From Utricularia gibba (lineage: Eukaryota; Plantae; Magnoliophyta), in assembly GCA_002189035.1 (NCBI GenBank), contig CM007989.1:744001-808000 (forward strand): a stretch of DNA of 64,000 nucleotides, read 5' to 3'. Below, piece after piece: positions 49,901-62,000 of the stretch (the first letter of the stretch is position 1; every line of letters starts with the position of its first letter). The notes beneath the pieces are model-generated. The model saw nothing but the letters and a program-made list of their open reading frames with translations, did not search any database and was not told where the DNA came from. The position numbers and the translations under genes were made by a program.

Positions 49901-52140
49901 ATGGGGGTATCGGAGAAAGTGAACTTGTGCAGAAACTGGTTTTGTATGCGGCGAGCGCGGCCCTTAGTTGTTTGGTTCTGGTCGTGGGACTCAAGCATCT
50001 GGACCCTAATCGCGAGTCTTCGAAAAAGGCGATGGAGCACAAGAAGGAGATTGCGAAGCGCCTCGGGAGACCGCTTATTCAAACCAATCCTTACGAGGTT
50101 CTTCTTATGTTGTATTTCTCTTTCTGATATGGATTTTGAGTGTGCTTTTTTTAGTTTGTTCGTCTGTTGTTGCAAATTATATTTTAGGGGTCAAAACTCG
50201 AAATTTTATTATTTTTTCATTTCGAAAGATTGATGCCAACTTTTGACACCCATGGGTATTATGATATGATTCAGAGGTTGCACTGATTATTAGTTGGAAG
50301 ATTGATGGCAAGTTTGGGGCACATACCTGTGCATTTTCTGACCGAATATATGCTTTCCATATAGGATATTATTGCTTGTGACGTAGTCAATCCAGACAAT
50401 ATAGATGTGAACTTCGACTCGATTGGTGGGCTTGATGCCATCAAGGAAGCATTGTTTGAATTGGTTATTCTTCCTTTGAGAAGGCCGGAGCTTTTTGCTC
50501 GTGGTAAACTTCTTAGTCCCCAGAAGGGTGTTTTGCTGTATGGACCACCTGGCACAGGGAAGACAATGCTTGCCAAAGCAATTGCCAAAGAATCCGGTGC
50601 TGTATTTATCAATGTTAGGGTATCAAATTTAATGAGCAAATGGTTTGGTGATGCACAAAAGCTTGGTAAGGATACAAAGACACACTTTGTGATGTTTGGT
50701 GTTTCTTGGGAGTCATGGTTGTGTCGCATCAACCAGTTTTCTTAGCCTGCAGTTTCACTGCTTTATCATCTTGTCCCTTTTCACATTTTTACTGTATTGA
50801 TGATGGTTAGTGGAAATAATGTATCTCAGTAGCCTATTTGGAAGTTAGGCATCCAGCGCCTCCTTTTTTGCTTTCCTAGTACATCTCTAACATGTACTCC
50901 TGGTACATCCTGTCCTTTATCTTCTTGTTAGAACAAATTTGATTTGTGTGTTCCTTCCATGCATATTCATTTTCCAGTTTTCCGGAACCTTTTCCCTTTG
51001 CCTGGATGCATTGAGGTAGACGCTGAGAATTTAGTTTCACAATTGAAAATCTGAGTTTCTATTAAATATATACATTAAATCATTTCAACTTCAGCTGAAT
51101 TATCAATTTAGATGTTGAATGCCTCAACTCATGGAAATAATGAAGTTCATTAAGTGATGCCGGTTGGATTTCCTTGTTTGGCTTTGTATGTTGGATTTCC
51201 TCATCTGCTATACATGTCATTAAATGCTTAATTTCCTGATGTATTAATCATTTATTCAAATCTATCTGCAGTGGCTGCTGTTTTTAGCTTGGCTTACAAA
51301 CTCCAACCAGCCATTATTTTCATTGATGAAGTTGACAGCTTTTTAGGCCAACGGAAATCGTCAGATCATGAAGCAATGGCAAACATGAAAACAGAGTTTA
51401 TGGCTTTGTGGGATGGTTTCACTACAGATTGTGAGTTCTCTATGCTATACCACTAGTTCTTCCTTAGTAGTGTGCCTGCTATTTACTCTCTAGTCCCCAA
51501 TCAGCGCATGCTCGTGTCATGGTACTTGCTGCCACCAACCGTCCATCAGAACTCGATGAAGCAATTCTTCGACGTCTTCCCCAAGCATTTGAAATTGGGA
51601 TTCCTGATCATAAAGATAGAGTTGGCATACTGAAGGTGATACTCAAGGATGAGAAGGTAGAAGATGACATTGATTATGCCTGGATTGCAACTCTTTGTGA
51701 CGGTTATACTGGTTCCGACCTGCTGGATCTATGCAAAAAGGCTGCTTATTATCCTATCAGGGAGCTGCTTGATGCTGAGAAATCTGGAAAAAATAATCAG
51801 GTAGAGCACACTTCCCTCTTCAGACCATGACAAATTTAAGGAAGAAAGGCATTTTGCACACCCTGTTTCAGCCTCCAGACTCAGCATCATGAATGCGATA
51901 TCTGTCTTTCAGGAAAGTAGGCCATTGAGGCAGAAAGATCTGGAACGAGTCCTTGCTACGTCAACCAAGACGAAGGTTGCTGCCGGTGAATACAGCAGAT
52001 TGAATTCGGCATCTTCATCCTGGCAGTTTGACAAAGAAGCCGATGATTATCAGGTACAAGCAACCATCAACGAGCTATCCAAACTGGTTGTATCCCAAAT
52101 TTTAAACATCCAGTCCCAGTCCCAGTCCCGGGATTCTTAG
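49901..52140 (+). CDS. AAA+ ATPase, MSP1/ATAD1-like with N-terminal membrane anchor, 5 exons, 1-nt frameshift near the start
   Basis: Exons 49901-50097, 50365-50665, 51272-51430, 51505-51800, 51913-52140. [13 protein letters not shown], Walker A GPPGTGKT, Walker [21 protein letters not shown] 49901 is out of frame unless one base is added (G5 at 49903-49907). Confidence 0.93.
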
Positions 52141-52466
52141 ATTGGCACCGTGTGCTGTCACAGAGCCGCAAAAACCATCTTGTAGATTGTACACATGAGT
52201 TTTCTCTGCTTCTGTGGTTCTCTATTGTTAAACTAACATCATTCCACATTGAAGTTGGAATGCTGCAGATGGATGTATTAGAAATCTGAACATTTTTATG
52301 ATGAGAAAGAAAGGATAGATGATGTTATAAAAAATCCATTCTAGATCGCCCAACATTCTCCATCCACCGTGTTGATTCAAAAAAAAAAGCACCTACAGGT
52401 ACTAAAGTGGGATACTGACAAATTGCATCGATCATAACCGGTTTTTACACAAGGGAAGATCGAAAG

Positions 52467-52928
52467 TTACTTGGGTTTGGAGTCCTTGTTGGTTCCGCCG
52501 GAGACAACTTCATCCATACTCTGCCCAACTCGCCGGTACCTGGCGCCGGAAGCAACGTATGCAGGACAAGGGCGATAAGCCTTTATAGGCCACCAACCGA
52601 AGCCTGGAATGGTAGCAATGCCACCCTGAATTCTCCCTTCCCCATTACACCCACTTTCTACCTTTTCGTTTCCACAAACTTTGCAGCCATCAAAATTCAA
52701 ATCATCTGATGAGGAATCACCCAGCCCCCCTTCTGTATCTTCTGCAGTTGCCGCTTCTTTCTCGTTGAGGGACAGAGCAGGAGAAGCATTAGTGGAGTCG
52801 GATACGGAGAAACGAGTAACTGGGTTTCTGTAGTGAGGAAACGAGTATCTGCATATGCTGGATGACGGCGGAGGACTAGGCCTGGGAGCCGAGAACTGTA
52901 AGATCAGGGAGGTGCTTCCGGTGGCCAT
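52467..52928 (-). CDS. Conserved plastid-targeted protein of unknown function with a Cys-rich core
   Basis: Ser/Pro-rich transit peptide from ATG 52928. Core CKVCG...GCNGEGRIQGGIATIPGFGWWPIKAYRPCP...YRRVGQSMDEV. The last codons may instead be a splice donor (GTAACT). Confidence 0.8.
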   Translation of the reverse strand: MATGSTSLILQFSAPRPSPPPSSSICRYSFPHYRNPVTRFSVSDSTNASPALSLNEKEAATAEDTEGGLGDSSSDDLNFDGCKVCGNEKVESGCNGEGRIQGGIATIPGFGWWPIKAYRPCPAYVASGARYRRVGQSMDEVVSGGTNKDSKPK

Positions 52929-53620
52929 GTGACGTCTCCGGTATCCACACACTTTGCATCCGTTAATTTATTGGAGGATATTTCAATAAAATCAGAGGAT
53001 TTTAAGCTCAATGGGTATTACATGGAATTAATTATATATGATTCATTATATTTATATGAATTTTCACCCTACCGGAAAACTTGTTTCTAGAGCGACTCGG
53101 TTTTGCCGCCGCCGCCGCCATTCAATTGCCAGCCGCGAGTCTGGCGCTCATCACTCCCCGCCGAAATTTGTCTTGCATGCCTCAATGATTCTAGGGCAGG
53201 ATCTTTACCTCCGTTTTCTATACAGCCGCGCGACTTGCGCTCCTCTTGGCGGCCTTCTTGCGCCATTGTATTTCTAGTTTTCTTGTAGTCGCTCCGCTTT
53301 ACAATTTCGTAGTTCGTCTGTGGGGAACCATGGTGCACTCTTGGGTATCTTTGCGATTGCGTTGTCTTTTGGTCTATTAATCTTTTTCAGCAGGTTCAAA
53401 GCTGAATGCAACAAGATGATTACGGAAATCAAGGAAGCAGTTGTAGAACCATTGGTTGACATTTCGAAGCTCAGTTGGGAGGGCTTCTTCTTTTCTAGAG
53501 TAGACGTTGGTATTTCATTTGGGGTTGTCAGAAAGCAATGAATGTTTGGTTTCGTCCATCAGGTGGAGCCAAGGTCTGACTTTTTTCGAGTTTCTTGTTG
53601 TATTTGTTTGCTTTGTTATC

Positions 53621-55715
53621 ATGGTGCTTAGCTTATTGAGTTGCTTGTTCCAGCAGATAATGATGTGGACGGGTGCATTTTGTTGTTCTCAACGATCATA
53701 CTCAATGAATTCAAATTTTGGTGGTTTTGATGAAGTATTTTACCGAGAGAAGGTGAGAAATATAGTAATAGAGGAGAGGTGGGGTGAGTTGCAGTCAGTT
53801 GGATTCTTTGATTCAGTCCTTTCGCCTGTTTTCATGTCCAGAGTATTGGTTGAACTCAAACAGGAGCCTGCATTAGTATTGAAGGTGTTCAATTGGGCTG
53901 CCTCCCAAAATGGGTTTCGGCATACCACTGAGAACTACTGTATTGCGGCTCAGATTTTGTTTTATACAAGAATGTATGATAAGGCTCATGCAATTCTCAA
54001 AGAATTAGTTACACTTGACAGAAGCTTTGAGAATGGAAAATGGCGGGTTTCTTCTGTATTGGAGGTTTTATGGTTGACAAGATATGTTTGCATTCCAGGT
54101 TTTGGGTGTATGATCAGTTGTTTAGTGTGCTGGTGGAATTGGGAATGCTAGAAGAAGCGAGGGGTTGCTTCATGGGGATGAAAAATTTTGGTGTGCTGCC
54201 TAAATTAAGGTCATGCAATAATCTCTTACATAAGTTGTCAAAGGTAGGAGGTGGTGAATTGGCAAAGGGTTTTTTCTGCGATTTGATTGGTGCAGGAATA
54301 ACTCCATCTATTTTCACCTTTAACATAATGATTAGGTTATTTTGTAAAGAAGGAAACGTGACAGCTGCTAGAAGTTTGATGCAGAAGATGAAGAAAATGA
54401 GTGTGTCTCCGGACACTGTCACCTACAACTCATTAATAGATGGCTTTGGCATGCTCGGGGATTTGAGCATGATGGTTTGTATATATGATGAAATGAAGGA
54501 ATTTGGCTGTTCCCCTGACATAATTACATATAATACATTGATTAATTGGTTTTGTAAATATGAGAAAATGCAGATGGCATTCAAGTGTATGAGGGAGATG
54601 AAAGAAAGCTCTATAAAACCAAACGTGGTCACTTACAGCACATTCATTGATGCTTTCTGTAAAGAAGGAATGTTGAAGCAAGCTATGAAGCTTTTTATTG
54701 ATATGAGGCGAGTTGGTTTGTCTCCCAATGAATATACTTATACTTGTTTAATGGATGCTAACTTCAAGGTGGGAAATATTGGTGATGCTATGATGCTTGT
54801 GAAGGAGATGTCTGAAGCTTCCATGAAGTTAAATATTGTTACCTACTCGGCACTGATCAATGGTATGTGCCGGGAAGAAAGGATTAAGGAAGCAGAAGGT
54901 ATGTTCATGTTCATGCTGAAACAGGGAGTAGAGGCTAATGAGGAAGTTTACACTGCGTTGTTGCATGGGTATCTGAAAACCAAACGAATTAATGATGCTA
55001 TGAGGACTCTGAATGAGATCATAAGGACTGATATTAAACCTGATTTGCGTCTATATGGTACTATTATTTGGGGTCTATGCATCTTGGGTAGATTTGAGGA
55101 TGCAAATACTTTTTTGGACAGCATGGAGGCACAGAATGTTGAGGTTAATCAGGTAATATACTCAGCACTCATTGATTCCCACCTCAAAGCTGGGAATGAG
55201 AAGGAGGCTGTAAGTTTTCTGGATGAAATGCATGAAAGGGGCATTGATCCAACAGTGGTAACATATTGTTCATTAATAAATGGAATGTGCATGATGGGTA
55301 TTCAGAGAAAGCAATTGAGTACTTCAGTTTTATGAAGGGCACAGGTCTGAAACCGAATATCATTATTTATACTTCATTAATCCATGGTCTTTGCAAAAAT
55401 GAACGAGTTGAGGATGCTTTGAAGTTGTTTGAGGAAGTTTTGGAGAAGGGCTTGATTCCAGATGAAATTTTGTTTACAGTTTTGATTGATGGAACCCTGA
55501 AACATAGGAAAGTTGGGGAAGCTTTGGGCCTGGTGAAGAAAATGAGAGAAGCAGGTTTGGAGCTTGATCTACACACATACACTTGCTTAATTTCTGGGCT
55601 TTCCAGGTGTGGCCAAGTATCGCAAGCGAGAGATTACCTGTCAGAGATGCTTGAGAAGGGAGTTGAGCTTGATAAAGTTGCTTACGCAATTGGAATACAT
55701 GGGGAAAACGTGTAG
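53621..55715 (+). CDS. P-class PPR protein (At2g02150-like), intronless, two 1-nt frameshifts
   Basis: Three overlapping ORFs (53507-54151, 54040-55335, 55266-55715) join into one P-repeat array (TYNSLIDGFG, TYSTFIDAFCKEG, IYTSLIHGLCK) if one G is added at 54104-54106 and one at 55296-55298. Confidence 0.9.
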
Positions 55716-56369
55716 AGTGAGTTATCTACATGCCTAGACTTGCTTATAACCCGTGTTTCCTTGTCATGCCATCAGCCATTTTTAAGCTGGAGACATGCTA
55801 TCCAAGATGACTGAGAAAGAAATTGAGGCATGTGGATGGGAAAGCAGGTATGAAGCTTGATCTACGCAAGTACACTGTCTTAGCTCTAGGCTTCTCACCA
55901 TTTTCTTGAGCAAGCTATTTGTTGTTTAAGATGATGGAGAAAACAGTAGAGCCTGATGAAATTGTCCATGCTTTTCACGTATGAAAAGCTTTGTAACTGA
56001 GCAGCTAAGCCGTTTTAAAGTGACATGGGGAAAGAGGAAGTGTTTTATAGAAACTGGACAACTGTACCAATACGAGGAATACTCTGGCGCGGATAATTCT
56101 CTCTTTCTAATCCATTCGGTTGACTAGTTTATCTTGGAGGTTTGGAATTTGGACTGTGCTCAGTCATCCGATCATCCGATCCCTAAGACATCTGCAGAGA
56201 GAGGTATGCTCTATTTTAGTATCACGTAGCTGTTTACAACAGGGTTGTATGCTCTATTTTAGTATCACGTAAATATTTACATAAGGGTATACTATATTTC
56301 TCATACGTTGGCCTTGAAATAATAATATGTGCATTTTTCTTCCAGATTGCGTGAGCTCTGATGCCTCGC

Positions 56370-56391
56370 GGGGGGGGGGGGGGGGGGGGGG
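56370..56391. repeat. Poly-G tract (G22)
   Basis: Read directly; lies between the convergent PPR and RRM 3' ends. Confidence 0.9.
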
Positions 56392-56969
56392 TTTCATTTT
56401 CTCAGTCATGGTAGATTGAATTGATGGGTTTGAAGGATTGCTCAGTCTTTGTGATCTCTGATAGCTGTATGTGGAGAGGAGGAACTCCACATGGATGGCT
56501 GCACTAGGGTCTTTGGAGCAGCAAAAATGGTTCATAACAGTGGCGGTTATCAATAAAGTGGTTCAACTGCTTACCCCAATGTTAAAAAAAGGTCGTTCCT
56601 ACACGAACCATGATTCGTGGTCGGAGAAAAACAAGATCATCGTATAGCGTAACCAACTAACCAAGAGTGCGCTTTGGCACATGCGGCGAGGCCACCATTG
56701 GAGCTATCGGCAGTCGGTTGGAACTTTGTATGCTTTCTAGGGAACCGAGGAGAAAAAATGCCCACCCTCTAAACAGCACCATGGATCCTGCCGTCTTCCA
56801 GTTACGAACACCTCAGAGAAATGTATGCAAGCAGCTTCCTTGAAAAGCACCCTCGAATTCCCAACTTCAAGTCCTACACAGAAGCCAGTTCCAGTTACAG
56901 TAATGCAAACGAATGGGTGCAGTTCTAATGAAGGATGAGGGGATGCATGGCATACCCGATAATACAATG

Positions 56970-58543
56970 TCAGCGTTTCCCACGATGGCCACCTCCAGAT
57001 CTTGCACCAGGATAGCGAGCAAATTGGAGCCGTAGGTTGGCGGAATCACGATCAGTTTCATCGAATTTATACCTGTAATATTAGCTCTAGAGTTTATGTG
57101 AAGAAGAATGCCTTCAGATTCTAGCGAAAACAAAGAGATCAGAAATGATGAATTTACAAATATCGTCCCTACTGCACTACACACCTACACACTTCATTTT
57201 CCTAATGTAACAACCATAAGTTAGTACCAAAGTCCACAATGCAGAGAACTATATATACCAAATCAAAGTATCCACACTTGTCTTCCCAAGGAAAGCTGCC
57301 AATCATTGCAGAGATGTACCTTGTAGAGCATCCATGGCAGTGGCAGCATGAGCTGGGGTTTGAAAATCAACAAAGCAAAGTACCAGCGGATCACCCCCGG
57401 CTGCAAAGAAGCTCATTGAAAAGTAAAGTAATACTTTTAGATAACTCTGCGTCGCATGTAACATCTACAAAGAAGCTCATTTAAATATTCATACATGTCT
57501 TGACTCTTTGGTTATGAGCCTTACTTCCTTGTAACCAACAAATGGACGAAAAACATCTACAAAATATAGTCAAGGAATCTATAATCGGATGCTAAAACAA
57601 ATAGAGATGATTGCAAATCAGAAAAAGGATACGAGAAACTTCTCGACGGGTGCAATTCGAAGGCAAGCCCTCCACAAACAATGTGCTACTAGCATCTGGA
57701 GGCAATGGAATTTCAGGTCGTACTCCCATTCCAATAGGTCTTCCCTTTCCAATGACTGATGCGGGGTCACCCATTCCCATACCCAAAAACAGGCGGTTCA
57801 TCAAAAAGAGGAGGCCCACCAAGTCCACTGCTGACAGGTCTACCACCATCAGAAACAAATGGAGGCATTTGCTGGTAAAACGGACTAACACAAGTTAGCA
57901 TCGCCAAGAACAGCTCTTACAGCTAAAAACATAAACGATTCAGCCAGAAATTTGAGATAAACGGACGTACTGTGCTTCGAAGGTAGCGATCGTATGATGC
58001 ATTAATAGTGTCAGTATCCCTAATGACGCCCAACCCTGCCGTATCATCTCTACGGGGAAAGAAGGCAGGCATATCTGGGCCTTGACCACTTGGGAACTCT
58101 ACAGTTCGAAGTAAACAATTTCACAACTCAGGCATTGAGATTCATTCCAATATATCAACATGGATTATGATAACCCCACCCTTGATCAACAAAATGGAGT
58201 AAGAACAATGGCAATAAAAACCCAACAAAAAACAATACAAAATTGAGCACTTGAACGCCACCATTTTCATCCAATTCAACACGCTCACCAACTCAATCCC
58301 AGAAGTTCACCGAATTGTAAGATTTCGGTATCACACTACCGTACTATTGAACAAATAACGTGCAAAAACAACAAAATTGAGCTCATCCCATCAAACCATA
58401 AACAACAACTAAGTCATCCGATTAACTTTAAAGGGAAAAAAAGAAGAATTACCATACTCTGAACGAGGTCGCTTCGCCACTTGACCCGTCAGGGAAGGTG
58501 GCTGTGGCCTGCCATCCCCCTGCTTCCAATACGCATCTGCCAT
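56970..58543 (-). CDS. Single-RRM RNA-binding protein (At1g76460-like family), 6 exons, three frameshifts, one U12-type intron
   Basis: Exons 58543-58453, 58098-57971, 57871-57633, 57556-57495, 57400-57320, about 57072-56970. MADAYW, KRPRSEY, PPDASSTLFVEGLPSNCTRREVSHVFRPFVGYKEVRL, DPLVLCFVDF, LRLQFARYPG. Confidence 0.9.
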
Positions 58544-59038
58544 AGATTTACGCGCAATCGCACAAAAAAAAAAAGAAGAAAGAATCTACGCGCAATTGAT
58601 TATCAGGGCTTCGAACGAAGAACAATCTTCCTTCGTTTACCACCTTCCGAAGGAATGGAAGCCGGTGGATGCCGTGACATCTCTCGCCGCGAGTTGCAAC
58701 GGCGCCCCTAAACTTTCCCTGCCTATGCACTTTCACCCACTAACTATTTCTAATGTCGATTCGGTCCTTCCAAAAGAGAAAATTACAATCCCCCCCACCC
58801 CACCCAGTTTTACCCAAAGCATTTCATTAGCAACGTAAACACAACGCTAATTGTACTCTAACATCCAAAATCAGTTATCACTTGAGAGTTCAGACAAGCA
58901 GTACATATACCATTTTCCTACCACTAAATCACCTACCAAAGAATTTCATCAGCTTGGGATGCTGCTGCACCATGAATCTGAATGAAAGGGCAGAACACAC
59001 ATGCGATTGCCCTGTCCACAAGCACCCAGATTCATCAC

Positions 59039-62000
59039 CTACGCCAACACAAGCTCTTCTTCTACAACCTGTTGCTGTTCCTGATCCTCAAACTGAGGCG
59101 TCTTGGTGTATGGAAGGAGCACCCGCTTGATCTCCTCCGCTGTAAGAGTCTCGTATTCCAGTAGCGCATTCGCCAGTGCATGCAGTGCCTTCTCGTGCTG
59201 TCATAGAGATGGGGATTCACACCGTTCAACAAATAAGGAGCAAAGCACCAGAACAATGACTTGGGAAAGTTCACTCTGGATTACCTTCTTTAGCAGGGCT
59301 TTTACCCGACTATAGGCTTCTCTCAACAGCTTTACTACCTGTAGACCACAAATGCGATGGAAATTTTGGATCCAGCGGTAAGTAAATTCACCCAGTTGGG
59401 GAAAGGATGAGCATACCTCAGCATCTATACGAGATTGCATTTCTGAACCAGGGCGTTCCTTGATATGAACAGGACCGATGGCATCGCTCATCCCACATGC
59501 TGATACCTGGGATCAAAATTATGCTGTGGTAAGTAATGTCATGAGAAGTAGGAGCAGGAGCTGATGGAAACCCCGGAAAACATCACATGGAGACGATTGA
59601 GCAGGGAATATGGCGAGTATGTTTGGAATACCATGTATTGAGCTAGCTCGGTAGCTGTGTTGAGATCACTAGTAGCTCCGGTTGTAATATAATCCTCGCC
59701 AAAAATGAGCTCTTCAGCTACTCGGCCTCCCATACACACATCAAGACGTGCCATCAACTGCTTCTTGCTAATAGATGTCTCATCATTGGAAGGAAGCTGA
59801 GTGACCATGCCTAATGCAGATCCACGTGGCATGATTGTGGCCTTGTGAATGGGATGCGCACCTTCAGTACTCAATGCAACGATAGCATGCCCGCTCTCAT
59901 GATATGCAGTAAGCTGAGAGGCCAGCAGCATCAAGAGCGCAATTAAATACCAGGGGATGTGGCAAATGTAAGGTGAGTTCAGAAATACACCTTCTTCGAT
60001 TCATCTGATAAGAACATTGTCTTCCTTTCAGTCCCCATCATAATCCGGTCTTTAGCAAACTCTAACTGTGCTGCATTCAATTTCTCAGCACCTTCAACAG
60101 CAGCCTTAATTGCTGCGATGTTGACCAAATTGGCAAGATCTATACAGAACAACAGTTGGATCCCATCAAACAACTACAAAGTGAATTTCCTTCCTAGTTA
60201 TCTAAATGATACGCTGACAAGAAGGGAAACACCAAACCTGCGCCATTGAATCCAGGAGTACCACGAGCAATCGAATTTACATCAACATCGTCAGCCAATG
60301 GTTTATCTCGCAAATACAGTTCCAGTATTTCTTGACGGCCTCTTACATCAGGATTAGGGACAGCTATCTGCAGACAGGTATCTGAGCATAAGCCTATTCC
60401 GTTCTAATGCAGATGTTTTATTCATAATGAGGTAGTTTCAATGATACTTAACAATAAGAATTTTGGGGGCCTGATTATGGCATAGGAATTAACTTACATG
60501 CCTGTCAAATCTACCAGGCCTGGTTAAAGCTGGATCAAGTATATCAGGCAAGTTTGTTGCAGCCATGACAATGATTCCCTGAAAAAGAAAAGCTTATAAA
60601 AAATCACAAGCACAATCTAAATGTACAGGTACGACATTTCTATTTACCTCATTCTGTTCAAAACCATCCATTTCAACGAGTAACTGATGAAGTGTTTTCT
60701 TAGTATGGCCTTCCCACTGTTTTCTTGTTGATCCAATAGCATCAATTTCATCAATAAATATGATGCACGGTGCCTACAGGAAATTCCAAACATATATACC
60801 TAAGAAAAAATGGCGTTTCCTTGATTTAAGGAGGAGAGACATGTCACCACAATTTTCTTCCCATTTAATCTATTGCCAAATTTCGATGTCCCTTGTGTGC
60901 ATCTAAAATGAAATTTATTCTCCAACTTGCAACCTCTTTAAAAGCTTAACCTTTTTATATGTAACTCTTACACATTGCAATACTTTTTCCCCAAATGGCA
61001 GGTGTGAAACTCACTCTAAACCAGCTAAGAAAGGTTGTGATTTGAAAAGCTCTGTCAGAAACTCGAAAAAAGATATACAAATAACAATACCAACTAGCAA
61101 AAATGTGTTCAAGGATACAGATTCGTGAAAATGAATACCTTTTTTTTCGCTGCTTGGAACAAAGATCTTACACGCCGAGCACCAACTCCAACAAACCTTA
61201 AGAAATGCCAGCGGCAAGATTTAGCAAAAAAAAAAAAAAAAAAAGATTTCAAGTATAAATTAGATGAAAGCTGTCGGCATTTCATCGATGTAGAGTAGTC
61301 TCAGCATAAAGGGTGCATGACTGTCTTGGAAACAAATACCCAAGTGCATGGTGTCAATGACCGCCCATAAGTAGAAATTGCCAGTATCTATCCAAGTATG
61401 TAAACTCCTTTTTGTAGAAAATAATTATCAACGTCTAAGGAAAGGGGAAAATGCTCCTGATATCTATCCACGATACGTAGAAAAGCAAAAATTATGAAAA
61501 CAACCCTTACATCTCTTCGAACTCAGAGCCAGCTCTGTAAAAGAAAGGTACTCCAGCCTCTCCAGCAATGGCCTTGAAATAATTAAAAAAATCAGAAAGA
61601 AGACACGTGACACTAAGGCAATCTAAAAGAGAGTGATATCACAACTTCACCTTTCCACTCATATAAAATGAAAAATCTTAAATGGATAGCAGTACCTTTG
61701 CAAGAAGAGTTTTACCAGTTCCAGGTGATCCAGTTAGAAGAATACCCTGGAATTTGGATTCATCTCAATCTACACTGGAACAAGCAAATCCATACAATGG
61801 GAAAGAGAGGGATACCGCAGCAATCAAACCTTGGGCAACTTCCCTCCCAACCGAGTAAACTTGGAGGGATTTTTCAGATACTCAACAACCTCCTCAAGTT
61901 CTTGTTTAGCATCATCACAACCTTTAACATCTTTAAATGTCTTAACATTCTGTTAGAACACAATTCAAAAGTTGTGGTTGCACATATCAACAAAAATTAC

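Noticed and set aside
56570-56830. Structured ncRNA or organellar insert (small hairpin CACGAA...TTCGTG)
   Set aside because: No match to snRNA, tRNA, 7SL or rRNA sequences I can recall. The position fits the RRM 3' UTR.
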